Source: Blastocatellia bacterium (GTDB lineage Bacteria > Acidobacteriota > Blastocatellia > UBA7656). From it: a DNA stretch of 64,000 nt. Under the pieces are notes generated by a model. It was given only the letters and a program-made list of their open reading frames with translations, ran no database searches and had not been told where the DNA came from. Position 1 is the stretch's first letter. Every line of letters begins with the position of its first letter. The translations under genes and the position numbers were made by a program. Shown in pieces: positions 1 through 9,305 of the stretch. The stretch spans positions 21,305 through 85,304 of the forward strand of contig DATFGQ010000039.1 in NCBI GenBank assembly GCA_035249305.1, in the 5' to 3' direction.

Positions 1-2751
1 TTTGCCCGCTACGTACTGAGGCCCTAGCAGCCAGCCCGAGCGGAGCGGGTTCGCCTCTGTGTATCGCGCGACCGTCCGCGCGCGCGCGGGGTCGGTTACC
101 TCGAAGGCGAATGCCCGGACTAGCGTCGCGCGAGTTTCTGCTTGAGCAGCAGCCGGGCGAGCGGGCGAATCGGGCGAGGCGGGGTCCGTGCGAGGCTCCG
201 CGCGAGGGGCGCTGTCAGGGTCGGGCGCGGCCGGCGAGTCGTCGGACCGCGAGCCGCTCACGAAGTAGAGGTCGGCTTCGGCGGGCATGCCGTAGGCGAC
301 CGGGTGCGAGGTGTCGAGCGAGGCGCGAAAGATCGAGCCGGGCGCGTAGAACTGGTCGCGGCGCAGACCCTCCAGGAGATTCTTCACCGGCAGATCAAAT
401 CGCTTGACGGCCATCTCTGTTGAAGCGTTCAGACAGACCAGAACGCCGCCCGCTTCGACAAAGCTCTTCAAGTTGGCCGCGCCCGCCTCCGTGATGCCGC
501 CTGTGTACTCGGGCGGGTACGAGCCCGCGCGGTTGCCCGCGACGATCTGTTGCATGCTCTGGTCGGGCAGGATTATCACGTCGAAACTTTTATTGAGATT
601 GCCCGCGCGCACGTCCGCGTCGTAGATGTTCTTATAATCGAAGCCGAACTGCTCTAGCACCCAGCGCGTCCAGCCTTCATCCATCGAGCCCATCCAACTG
701 CGGTAGAGCGCGACGCGTGGCTGACTGATTCGATCCGCGATCCCGGCTAAATCAGCTCTGTTTGTCATCTTTTCAAAATCAATCTTATGATTAAAGGCCA
801 TGAATTCTATTTTCGGCAGGTCCGGCATAGCTGTTTTTCTGTAATCAAGCTCGATAATAGGACCCTTCTTCGTCTTCCCGGTCGGCGATGCGAGAAGACC
901 TGGCGGCACGGTGTAGTCTATTACAAACGTGCCTGCGGGATAACGCTTATCTTCAACGGCAAAATCTCGTTTGAGTCGCCAAACATTTATTGAAGCCCGC
1001 CTGTTAGCCGGGGTCTCTTGCTTCGCATGATTGATGGCCTGGAAAAGTTCATTGATAAACGCGGAAAAGTTATTCGATTCTGCTGAAACAAATAATCTAG
1101 CTGCCCTTATATTGCCAGATGCGTACGACGGGAGTTTGCGGTCCAGGATTTCTTTAACGAATGCTTTATCTGGATCAGTCTCGACATTCTCTAATTCGAC
1201 ATCGAAGCGTTTAGCGGCTTCGACATAATCGACGCCCATCTGCATCGGCAATGTCCACCCGGCGACATCGTAGGGAGGCTCGGCCGGGCCGCCAGGATAG
1301 AGCCTGCGGTCCGGGTAGCGTTGAGGCTCGAACAGACATTTCACGTTCGCGCGGTACGGCTGCGCGAGCTGCACGACGTAGCTTCCCTCTTCGTACTTCT
1401 TACCGTCGACGGCAAAATCGGATTTCGCGCGATGGACTTCGACGCCTTGCTGAACGAGTATGTTTATCATTCGGTCAACAGTCGGGCGGTCCATCTGGCG
1501 CGCGGGGACTATGTAAGCGAAGGGCGCTTCGCGCTTGCCCGCTTCGATAGCGCGCTCGGCGATGTCTACGAAATTCCGTATCACCTCTTCGCGTCGCCCG
1601 GCCGCTTCCTCCAACACCGTGCGGCAGGTTATCAACTCCATGTTCAAGATGTCGCGCATCGTCCAGCGGCCGCCTTCCCATACGGCAGGGAAGTTCGTGG
1701 CGGGGACCAGCGGGTTGGCGAGCCCGCGCGTAGAAGCGCGCAACTGCTCGCGCCGAATTTCGAGCGGGGTGGCGATCCTCACGGACGCCGCTTCGGTCAA
1801 TATGCCGATGGCGTTGTGGTAGTAGGGCGCCGAGCGTAGCCCTCCGTGCCACCACATGTCATAAGTGGAGTTCGTCACGACGCCTCTGTACCCGGCCGCC
1901 GTAAGACTGGAAGCCATTCTCATGCCGATCGCGCCCACCTGGCGGACTATCACAGGGTCGATGTTCGGGTTGTGCGGGTCGAAAAAAGGCGGCACGCACA
2001 TGCGCGAGCCGAACTGGCCTTGCTGGTGTACGTCGTAAACGATCTCGGGGAACCACTCGCGCCAGAATAGATTTGACAGCAACTGAGTCTCGACCTGCGT
2101 CAGCATGAACCAGTCGCGGTTGTTGTCGTGCCCGGCATAGCGGTGGTAAAGCACGGGCGGGCTCGTGCCTTCGAATTTAGTCCCGAGCGTCTTTCGATAC
2201 CACTCGGTCACTATGTCGATGCCGTCGGGGTTGACCGACGGGACGAGCAGAAGCACTGTGCTTGCGAGAATCTCTCTGGTCGAGGCGGAATCATCGCTCG
2301 CCAGGTTGTAAGCCAACTGCATAGACATCTGAGAAGCTACGATCTCGGTCGAGTGTATCGAGCAGGTGATGGCGACTATCGCGGGGGTCTCGGCGATCAA
2401 CTGCCGGCGCTCCTGCGGGCTGGCGATCCGGCGCGGGTCGGCCAGTGCGGCCTGCGCCTGTCGTATGCGCGGGAGGTTCTCGATATTCTTCTCGGAAGAG
2501 ATTATCGCCACGATAAATGGGCGTCGCTCGGTCGACACGCCTAATTGATGGACGGAGACGCGCGGGCTTGCCGCGTCGAGCCGCTTGAAGTAATCGACTA
2601 TCTGAGACCAGTCGGCGAGCTTTCTATCCTCGCCCGGCTCGAACCCCAGCGCGGCGCGGGGCGAAGGCAAGTTAGCTTGCGCGGCGACCGAGGCTGCCGC
2701 GAGCAGAATCACGGCTACCGACATCAGGTATAAGCGAGGTCGGAAAGTCAT
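1..2751 (-). CDS. Secreted M14-family zinc carboxypeptidase-like protein (partial; C-terminus beyond window start)
   Basis: A minus-strand frame runs uninterrupted from the ATG at 2751-2749 to the window edge, with a spot-checked hand translation at 1861-1920. N-terminal signal peptide MTFRPRLYLMSVAVILLAAASVAAQA. HxxE zinc-site-like motif CSIHSTEIVASQM, and HRYAGHDNNRDWF. Overlapping plus-strand ORFs are short R/A-rich antisense artefacts. Confidence 0.6.
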   Translation of the reverse strand, partial: MTFRPRLYLMSVAVILLAAASVAAQANLPSPRAALGFEPGEDRKLADWSQIVDYFKRLDAASPRVSVHQLGVSTERRPFIVAIISSEKNIENLPRIRQAQAALADPRRIASPQERRQLIAETPAIVAITCSIHSTEIVASQMSMQLAYNLASDDSASTREILASTVLLLVPSVNPDGIDIVTEWYRKTLGTKFEGTSPPVLYHRYAGHDNNRDWFMLTQVETQLLSNLFWREWFPEIVYDVHQQGQFGSRMCVPPFFDPHNPNIDPVIVRQVGAIGMRMASSLTAAGYRGVVTNSTYDMWWHGGLRSAPYYHNAIGILTEAASVRIATPLEIRREQLRASTRGLANPLVPATNFPAVWEGGRWTMRDILNMELITCRTVLEEAAGRREEVIRNFVDIAERAIEAGKREAPFAYIVPARQMDRPTVDRMINILVQQGVEVHRAKSDFAVDGKKYEEGSYVVQLAQPYRANVKCLFEPQRYPDRRLYPGGPAEPPYDVAGWTLPMQMGVDYVEAAKRFDVELENVETDPDKAFVKEILDRKLPSYASGNIRAARLFVSAESNNFSAFINELFQAINHAKQETPANRRASINVWRLKRDFAVEDKRYPAGTFVIDYTVPPGLLASPTGKTKKGPIIELDYRKTAMPDLPKIEFMAFNHKIDFEKMTNRADLAGIADRISQPRVALYRSWMGSMDEGWTRWVLEQFGFDYKNIYDADVRAGNLNKSFDVIILPDQSMQQIVAGNRAGSYPPEYTGGITEAGAANLKSFVEAGGVLVCLNASTEMAVKRFDLPVKNLLEGLRRDQFYAPGSIFRASLDTSHPVAYGMPAEADLYFVSGSRSDDSPAAPDPDSAPRAEPRTDPASPDSPARPAAAQAETRATLVRAFAFEVTDPARARTVARYTEANPLRSGWLLGPQYVAGK

Positions 2752-2793
2752 AGATGACAAGACAGTAACACATCTGATAGGCTTGCGCTAATT

Positions 2794-3558
2794 ATGGCGG
2801 CTAGAGTGCGCGGGCTCTTTCTTTTGGCTTTCTGGTTCACACTCATCGCCGTGCTCGCGCCCTTCATGATCGCGCTCACGGTCATCACCGGGAACGAGAA
2901 CATGATGTACGCGCCCGTGCGCTTCTTCATCCGAGTCGGGCTGGCGATCGTCGGGGTCCGCGTAGAAGTCAAAGGGCTTGAGCTGCTCGACCAGAAACAG
3001 ACTTACATCTTCACCCCTAACCACCAGAGCTTTATCGAGGTGCCGCTGCTGGTGACCTTCCTCCAGCGCAACATCGCGTACCTGGCGAAGAAAGAGCTGT
3101 TCAAGTATCCGATCTTCAGCCAGGGGATAAGGCTGATAGGGGTCGTCCCCGTAGACCGCAGCAACACGCAGTCGGCCGTAGAGAGCGCGCGGCGGGCGAC
3201 GGAGAATCTTCGTCGCGGCAAACCGTACGTCATCTATCCCGAAGGCACGCGCTCGCGCGACGGGCGATTGATGCCTTTCAAGAAGGGCGCTTTCATGATG
3301 GCTATCGACGCGGGCGTGCCGATAGTGCCGGTCTCTATATCGGGCAGCACGAAGATAATGCCTAAAGGTGAGATCAAGATCTACCCGTCTACGATCCGCA
3401 TCACCGTCCACGAGCCAATCAGAACCGACGGGCATTCAAAAGAGACCGTCGCAGAGTTGATGAGCCGAACGCGAGCGAAAGTGATCTCGGCCTTGAGCGA
3501 AGAAGAGATAGGAGAGAGTGAAGCGACGAATAGGAGCGCGAAACCTGAGACGGTTTGA
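2794..3558 (+). CDS. plsC: 1-acyl-sn-glycerol-3-phosphate acyltransferase (PlsC family)
   Basis: 254 aa with N-terminal TM helices. HxxxxD acyltransferase motif (PNHQSFIEVP). FKKGAFMMAIDAGVPIVPV and PEGTRS motifs typical of LPLAT acyltransferases. Confidence 0.8.
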   Translation: MAARVRGLFLLAFWFTLIAVLAPFMIALTVITGNENMMYAPVRFFIRVGLAIVGVRVEVKGLELLDQKQTYIFTPNHQSFIEVPLLVTFLQRNIAYLAKKELFKYPIFSQGIRLIGVVPVDRSNTQSAVESARRATENLRRGKPYVIYPEGTRSRDGRLMPFKKGAFMMAIDAGVPIVPVSISGSTKIMPKGEIKIYPSTIRITVHEPIRTDGHSKETVAELMSRTRAKVISALSEEEIGESEATNRSAKPETV

Positions 3559-3573
3559 AAGCGCCCGCCGGCA

Positions 3574-4416
3574 TTAGTCGTCTTGATGCATTCTCTTTTC
3601 AAAATCGGCGAGGCGGTAAACGCCTTCGGCCAGACGCTCGGCGTAGCCCTCTTTGACCAGCGCCCGGTTGCCGAGCCCCGCGTCCGTCCGCGAAAGCCCC
3701 GTCACCCGCGCGAGCTCCCCGCGAAGAGTTACGCCCGCCCCGTCCAAAAACGCGCGCGCAACCTCTTTGAGCGCGACTTCGCGCTTCACCTTCGCCTTCA
3801 GCCCGTCGTGGAAGCGCCCTTCCGCAAGCGTCCAGACGTATGTGAACCACGGCTCGTATAGCACCTCGCCGGGGATCACCTTCATCACCCTCTGAAGCTC
3901 GTCTATGGCGCGCGTGAATCGCGCGCGGTCCGTAACGCCGGACTCGTTGCGCAGGTCGGCCGTCGCCATCTCCCACTCCCGCCTCAGGACTTTGAGCACG
4001 GCCCGCGCGTCGGCAGACAACGCCGTCGATTCATTCTTGCGCGCGACGCCCCACAGCGCGTTGAAGTGCGAGACGAGCCGCGGCGCTATGAACGTCGAGC
4101 GTGCGCGGGCCAGCTTCGCGTAGTAGATGCGCCCCCGTCGCATCACTTCGTCCTTGAGCACCCAGGCGAGGCTTGCTTCCGGGTCTTTCTGCACGTTGCG
4201 CGGCATGTGCGCGTCGCGGCGTCCGCACACGGCTATGTAGAGCGATGGGCCAGCCCGCCGCGAGTCCGTAAGCGACGCGCAAAACCCGAGGCTCTCGACC
4301 AGCCGCTCGGCCTCGGCGGCGCTTTCGATGTGCAGCTCGGGCGTGCGCCGCCACATGCGGTCGCGGTAGGCTTCCACCTCTTCGGTCAACAGGCCGGCCT
4401 TTAAGGAGTCGCGCAT
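3574..4416 (-). CDS. hypothetical protein (possible winged-helix type, unassigned)
   Basis: 280 aa ORF with coherent codon usage. Convergent with plsC. No family recognised with confidence. Confidence 0.5.
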   Translation of the reverse strand: MRDSLKAGLLTEEVEAYRDRMWRRTPELHIESAAEAERLVESLGFCASLTDSRRAGPSLYIAVCGRRDAHMPRNVQKDPEASLAWVLKDEVMRRGRIYYAKLARARSTFIAPRLVSHFNALWGVARKNESTALSADARAVLKVLRREWEMATADLRNESGVTDRARFTRAIDELQRVMKVIPGEVLYEPWFTYVWTLAEGRFHDGLKAKVKREVALKEVARAFLDGAGVTLRGELARVTGLSRTDAGLGNRALVKEGYAERLAEGVYRLADFEKRMHQDD

Positions 4417-4511
4417 TTGAAGGCTCTATTTGTAGCCGACGCGCGCGGCCGGGTCAACCGCGCGGTGCGACGCTTGATTCACCGTGCGATTAGTTATAGG
4501 CTCTGCGACTG

Positions 4512-5882
4512 ATGAAAAGAATTCTGATAGCCCTGTTGCTATTAATGCTCGCCTCGTCCTCGTTTGTGACTGCTCAACAGACGCAGCCCGACCCGGCCCG
4601 CTGGCTGCGGTCAGGGCCGATGCTCGGATACTCAGAGATGACCGAGACCGTCGTGTGGCTCCAAACCAGGAAGCCTGCGCGCGTCCAGTTGCGTTTCTGG
4701 AAGCAAGGCCAGCCGGCGACGGCCCGATTGAGCGACGCGGTCGACACAAACGCGGCGGCCGATCATATCGCGCGGATAAAGATATCGACGCTGGAGTTCG
4801 GCGCGAAGTACGACTACGAAGTCTACATCGACGGGCAGCGGGTGGCGTTGCCTTACGCGGCCACGTTCCAGACTCAGGCGATGTGGCGGTGGCGCACGGA
4901 CCCGCCTGCGGCGCGGATCGCCATCGGCTCGTGCTCTTACGTCAACGACGCGCCATACGACAGGCCGGGCAGGCCCTACGGCGACGGCGTCGAGATATTC
5001 AAGGCGATCGCGGACCAGAAGCCGGACGCGATGATCTGGCTCGGCGATAATATTTATTACAGAGAGGCCGACTGGCTGTCGGAGTCTGCGATGCGCTACC
5101 GCTACGCGCACACGCGCGAGCTGGCCCAGATGCAGCCGCTTTTGGCTTCGGCGCACAACTACGCGATCTGGGACGATCATGACTTCGGGCCTAATGATTC
5201 TGACCGCACGTTTCGGCTGCGCGAGGCGGCGCTCGGGGTCTTCAAAGACTACTGGGCTAACATGACTTACGGGACGGACGACACGCCGGGCGTGTTCAGT
5301 CGGTTCGAGTGGGGCGACGTAGAGTTCTTTCTGTTGGACGACCGCTACCACCGCGCGCCTAACCGCATGCCGGCGGGGCCGGAGAAGGTTATGTTCGGCG
5401 AGGCTCAGATGCGCTGGCTTATGGAGTCGTTGGCGTCGAGCGACGCGACGTTCAAGATAATCGCGGGCGGCAACCAGATGCTCAACCCTATGACCTTCTT
5501 CGAAGCCTTCGGCAACTACCCGGTCGAGCAGAAACGACTGTTGGATTTCTTACGCGAATCGAAGATAACCGGCGTGCTCTTCATCTCGGGCGACCGCCAC
5601 CACACGGAGTTGATAAAGCGGGACGACCTGGGGACGTATCCGCTTTACGATTTCACGTCGAGCCCGCTCACGGCAGGGACCGGCCGAAGCGATCGCGAGG
5701 CAAACAACCCCGCGCGCGTCGCTAACACATGGGTGACGGGCGTTAAGAACTTCGGCCTGATCGAAGTATCGGGCAAGGCGCAAGACCGCCGCCTGTTGTT
5801 GCGGACGATAGACCTGAACGGCAAGGAGCTCTGGCGGCACGAGATCAAAGCGAGCGAGCTGGGAGTCACAACCAACCGATGA
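4512..5882 (+). CDS. phoD: PhoD-like phosphatase (alkaline phosphatase D family), secreted
   Basis: Signal peptide MKRILIALLLLMLASSSFVTAQQ. Metallophosphatase motifs GDNIYY, WDDHDFG and GDRHHTEL characteristic of PhoD-like enzymes. Confidence 0.8.
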   Translation: MKRILIALLLLMLASSSFVTAQQTQPDPARWLRSGPMLGYSEMTETVVWLQTRKPARVQLRFWKQGQPATARLSDAVDTNAAADHIARIKISTLEFGAKYDYEVYIDGQRVALPYAATFQTQAMWRWRTDPPAARIAIGSCSYVNDAPYDRPGRPYGDGVEIFKAIADQKPDAMIWLGDNIYYREADWLSESAMRYRYAHTRELAQMQPLLASAHNYAIWDDHDFGPNDSDRTFRLREAALGVFKDYWANMTYGTDDTPGVFSRFEWGDVEFFLLDDRYHRAPNRMPAGPEKVMFGEAQMRWLMESLASSDATFKIIAGGNQMLNPMTFFEAFGNYPVEQKRLLDFLRESKITGVLFISGDRHHTELIKRDDLGTYPLYDFTSSPLTAGTGRSDREANNPARVANTWVTGVKNFGLIEVSGKAQDRRLLLRTIDLNGKELWRHEIKASELGVTTNR

Positions 5883-5893
5883 GTTAGAGAACA

Positions 5894-6201
5894 ATTCACC
5901 GCGGAGACGCAGAGAAGATAAAGCCCCAAAGGGGCGACGATTCAATAGCCGAAAGCCCCGTAGGGGCGTGATTCAATAGCCCGGCGCATCGCGCCGGGTA
6001 AGCCGTCATACGAGACGAAGCCCTGAAAGGGCGATACCTCTATCGCGCCCTTTCAGGGCTTGTAATAATGACAACCCGTTTCCAGGGGCGTTGCCCCTGG
6101 CTATTGAATCTCGCCTCTTCGAGGCTTAATTCGCTCTGCGCCCCGCCGCGTGCGAAGCACATCATCGGCCACCCGGTGCCCTCCGCGCCTCCGCGGTGAA
6201 T
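5894..6201. repeat. Family-A mosaic palindromic repeat element, copy A1 (about 308 bp, 21-bp terminal inverted repeats ATTCACCGCGGAGACGCAGAG)
   Basis: Nearly identical to 8978-9288. Internally built of short hairpins (ccccAAAgggg, ccccGTAgggg, cccggcgcatcgcgccggg, gccctGAAAgggc, ccaggggcgttgcccctgg, cctcTTCgagg) separated by the linker GATTCAATAGCC. The two ends are reverse complements of each other. Confidence 0.85.
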
Positions 6202-6221
6202 CTTTATGTATCACCTTACAC

Positions 6222-8420
6222 TCAGAAGAAACGCACCGTGTAGGTCAAACGCGCGCCGCGCCCTATCTCGGGGGCGAAATCCTTGATGAACGACAGGTGG
6301 TTGCGATAAAGCCTGTCGCCTAGATTAAAGCCCGTCAGCGAAAAGATGTGGGCCGCGTGCTGTTGCGCCAACGTGTAAGAGGCTGTCACGTTGAAGACCG
6401 TATATCCCCCGGTCCGCGTCTCGTTCGGGAATAATCGCTCCTGGTCTTTAGCCATCACCGCTTCGGGATAGAAGCGCAATCCTTTGTACAGGAATTCAAA
6501 ACCGACGCGCCCCCTGAGCGGCGGGATGCGAGGGAGCGGCGTCTCTGTGTCGGTCAGCTCCGCGTTAACGTAATCGAGCTCCGACAACAGCCAGATGTTC
6601 GGGTGAAGCCTCGCGTCAAACTGAAGCTCCGCGCCCTTGTACCTCGCGTCCGCCTGAGCGTAGTCGGCCGCGATCAGCCCGTCTTCGACCTCGCCCGTCG
6701 GGGCCAGGAAGATGAAGTCCCTGAACTTGTAGTAGAAGAAGTTGATCTCGGCGCGCGCGCGGTCGTTGCTGTGGCGCAGCGAGAAGTCTACGCCGTCGCC
6801 GCTCTCCCGCTTGAGGTTCGGGTTGCCGATCTCGAACGTGTTGTTGCCGGGGTGCGGCCCCAGGTTATAGAGCTCTTCGAGCGCGGGAGCGCGGTAGGAA
6901 TGAGTGTAATTTGCTATGAACGCGCCGCCCTGCCAGAGCGGGACCCGCAGGCCCGCCGCGCCTGAAAAGCCGTCGAACGACCGGTCGGGCGTCGGGCGAT
7001 CAAGCGCCTGATCCGGATTATAACCGTTGTGCTCGAAGCGCCCGCCGAGCTGAAAACCTATGCGGCCGAAATCGATCTTCTCCAGCGCGAAGGCGGCAAA
7101 CGCGTTCTGTTTGGTCGGGGGCGCGAGCGCCTCTTCGCCTATGGACTCGTAGTCACGGCGCAGCCCCCAGAACCCGAACGTCCCCGACAGACGTTCTTTG
7201 CGCCTCTGGTCGAAATAGCCGCGGTAAGTGAACGTCTTATTCTTGAAGAGCGTGTTAACCGCGTCCGTGACGGAATCGATCTCGCCATGCTCGTAGTCGT
7301 TATACTGAACCGAGAACTGCGCGCTGTTGACGAACGATTGGATGTCGCGCATCCCTGCGTTGACTCGTATGCTGTGGCGGCGCGGGTTCAGGTGAACGAC
7401 TTCAGGGTCTTCTTCGGCGGGGTTGATCGGGACGCCGTAAACGAGTTTGTCAAAGATGTAATCGAAGCTCAGGAAACCGCGGCCGGGGTAATAGCCGAAG
7501 CCGCCTTCGCCCGCGCCGCTGCGCGCGTACGAGTTCGTGATGCGGCCGACAGGCGTGTCGTAATCGCCGGAGCGCTGGCCGCTGCCCGTGCCCCAGACCA
7601 GCCACCGCTTAGTGCCGTACTCGAAGCCCGCGCTCCCGCCGCCCTGCCAGTTGTTGGTGCTGCCAAGCGCCGTGACGTAACCGTGCATCCCCTCGTGAGG
7701 CGCGTCGTGTCCCGTGACCGCGTTGACGACGCCGCCGATTGCGCTGCTGCCGTAAAGCAGCGTCGCAGGGCCTTTGACCACTTCGAGCTTATCGAGCGAC
7801 AGAACGTCTATGGGCTCGCCGTGGTCGCCGGACTGAAAGCCCAGCGAGCCGATACGATTCCCGTCTTGCACGACCAGAACGCGGTCGGAATCGAAGCCTC
7901 GGATGACGGGGCGCGCGTTGCCCGGCCCGAAAGAGCGCTTAGCCACGCCGAGCTCGTGGTCGAGCGCCTCGCCGAGCGATTGGGAATTCTTCTCTATGAT
8001 CTGGACCGAAGAGAGCGACGTTACCGACTGTATAGAGTTGAACGAAGTCTCTTCGGCGCCCGTAGCGGTGACTGTCACCTCCTCGCGCCTGGTCGTCAGC
8101 CGTATCTGTATGTCGGCCGTCGTCGTAGAGCCCGCCGTCACGGTCACGGTTTCGACTACGTCGGGGACGCGGTCGAGGTGGGCAATGACCTCATAAGTTC
8201 CCGGCGGCACGTTTTGAAATTCGTAAGCGCCGTCGTCATTCGTCTCGGTCGAGAGGTTGAGCCGAGAGATAGTTATGATGACGTTATGAATCGGGTTCCC
8301 GGTCGTCTCCAGCGTGACCTTGCCGCGCAGCGCGCCCGTAGCCTGGGCGAAGCCGGCGGCCGGCATTCCGCCGGAGCATAAGGCCCATATTAATAGGCCG
8401 ATAATATAGCTCTTTCGCAT
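6222..8420 (-). CDS. TonB-dependent receptor with N-terminal carboxypeptidase-regulatory-like domain
   Basis: About 730 aa. Start moved from the ORF-track start to the internal ATG at 8420, which gives the signal peptide MRKSYIIGLLIWALCSGGMPAAGFAQA. N-terminal GTYEV CarbopepD_reg-like motif, plug region, and C-terminal beta-barrel ending in a terminal F (YTVRFF). Confidence 0.85.
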   Translation of the reverse strand: MRKSYIIGLLIWALCSGGMPAAGFAQATGALRGKVTLETTGNPIHNVIITISRLNLSTETNDDGAYEFQNVPPGTYEVIAHLDRVPDVVETVTVTAGSTTTADIQIRLTTRREEVTVTATGAEETSFNSIQSVTSLSSVQIIEKNSQSLGEALDHELGVAKRSFGPGNARPVIRGFDSDRVLVVQDGNRIGSLGFQSGDHGEPIDVLSLDKLEVVKGPATLLYGSSAIGGVVNAVTGHDAPHEGMHGYVTALGSTNNWQGGGSAGFEYGTKRWLVWGTGSGQRSGDYDTPVGRITNSYARSGAGEGGFGYYPGRGFLSFDYIFDKLVYGVPINPAEEDPEVVHLNPRRHSIRVNAGMRDIQSFVNSAQFSVQYNDYEHGEIDSVTDAVNTLFKNKTFTYRGYFDQRRKERLSGTFGFWGLRRDYESIGEEALAPPTKQNAFAAFALEKIDFGRIGFQLGGRFEHNGYNPDQALDRPTPDRSFDGFSGAAGLRVPLWQGGAFIANYTHSYRAPALEELYNLGPHPGNNTFEIGNPNLKRESGDGVDFSLRHSNDRARAEINFFYYKFRDFIFLAPTGEVEDGLIAADYAQADARYKGAELQFDARLHPNIWLLSELDYVNAELTDTETPLPRIPPLRGRVGFEFLYKGLRFYPEAVMAKDQERLFPNETRTGGYTVFNVTASYTLAQQHAAHIFSLTGFNLGDRLYRNHLSFIKDFAPEIGRGARLTYTVRFF

Positions 8421-8528
8421 GAGTACTCTCCCCTTCAAATATCGCAGTAAGAACCGGCCGACGACCGGACCGCGTGCGGACAAGCGCACGGCAGTCGGTC
8501 GACCGACGCAAAAAGCGGCTATAGGTTC

Positions 8529-8855
8529 TTAAGCGAGGGGGGGCGCGCGGTCGGAGAGAGTGAGAAAAGGGCCGCACGAGCAAGGCTCAGAGAGAAACAC
8601 CTCGTAGCTCGCGCCTTTGTGAACCAGATCGAAGAATACGTAAGGGGTGCGGACGTCGGAGATGAAATTGCGCTGCAAGCAGCAGGAATGACAATGAGAT
8701 TCGCCCCCCAGGTCGGTCGCGCCATGCGAGTCGGCGTCTGTCGCCGTGATGGTGACCGAAGTGGGCGACCGATCTAGTCGGGCAACGCTGTGAAAATGAG
8801 TGGCGCTCAGAAAGAGCGCGTGGGCGACAAGGCAAAGCAACGCGAGGGTCTTCAT
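8529..8855 (-). CDS. small secreted Cys/His-rich protein (possible metal-binding partner of the TonB receptor)
   Basis: About 108 aa from the internal ATG (MKTLALLCLVAHALFLSATHFHS signal peptide). Cys/His cluster HCHSCC and PCSCG. Sits directly upstream of, and co-oriented with, the TonB-dependent receptor. Confidence 0.5.
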   Translation of the reverse strand: MKTLALLCLVAHALFLSATHFHSVARLDRSPTSVTITATDADSHGATDLGGESHCHSCCLQRNFISDVRTPYVFFDLVHKGASYEVFLSEPCSCGPFLTLSDRAPPLA

Positions 8856-8977
8856 CGTGTTGCTCTTATGTTTGCCGCTCATTTTCAAGATTGCCGATCC
8901 CCTTCGAAGTTGAACATCAATTTAACAATAGCGCCGCGCGCCGTGTCAACGGACTGTAAGTTGGTGCGGGAAGCAGA

Positions 8978-9288
8978 ATTCACCGCGGAGACGCAGAGAA
9001 GATAAAACCCCAAAGGGGCGACGATTCAATGGCCGAAAGCCCCGTAGGGGCGTGATTCAATAGCCCGGCGCATCGCGCCGGGTCATGCGCCATACGAGAC
9101 GAAGCCCTGAAAGGGCGCGATAGTTATGTCGCCCTTTCAGGGCTTGTCATTCCTATCAATCCTTTTCCAGGGGCGTTGCCCCTGGCTGTTGAATCGCGCC
9201 TCTTCGAGGCTTAATTCTGCTCTGCGTAATCGCCGCGTGCGAAGCACATCATCGGCCATCCCGTGCGCTCTGCGTCTCTGCGGTGAAT
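8978..9288. repeat. Family-A mosaic palindromic repeat element, copy A2 (direct-orientation twin of A1)
   Basis: About 95% identical to 5894-6201 in the same orientation, with the same TIRs and the same hairpin/linker module order. Confidence 0.85.
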
Positions 9289-9305
9289 GCTGCTTGATCG
9301 GGCGC

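Noticed and set aside
111-2544. Multiple plus-strand ORFs (111-407, 1321-1839, 2128-2544 and others)
   Set aside because: They are short, Arg/Ala/Gly-rich and lie antisense to a long uninterrupted minus-strand frame with a signal peptide and an M14-like HxxE motif. These are typical high-GC antisense artefacts.
7029-8381. 450-aa plus-strand ORF, and similarly 36043-37743 (-), 44340-45659 (-), 29061-29987 (-), 46239-47123 (+), 33622-34328 (-)
   Set aside because: Each lies antisense to a gene with clear family motifs (TonB-dependent receptor, tricorn protease, haem protein, M16 peptidase, alpha/beta hydrolase, DUF1697). The translations are low-complexity and R/A/G/P-rich with no motifs.
5894-9288. 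Integron attC sites or an integron cassette interpretation of the A1/A2-flanked cassette
   Set aside because: No intI gene is present. There are no R''/L''/L'/R' core sites (GTTRRRY) at the element ends. The elements are far longer than attC sites and are shared with non-cassette loci.
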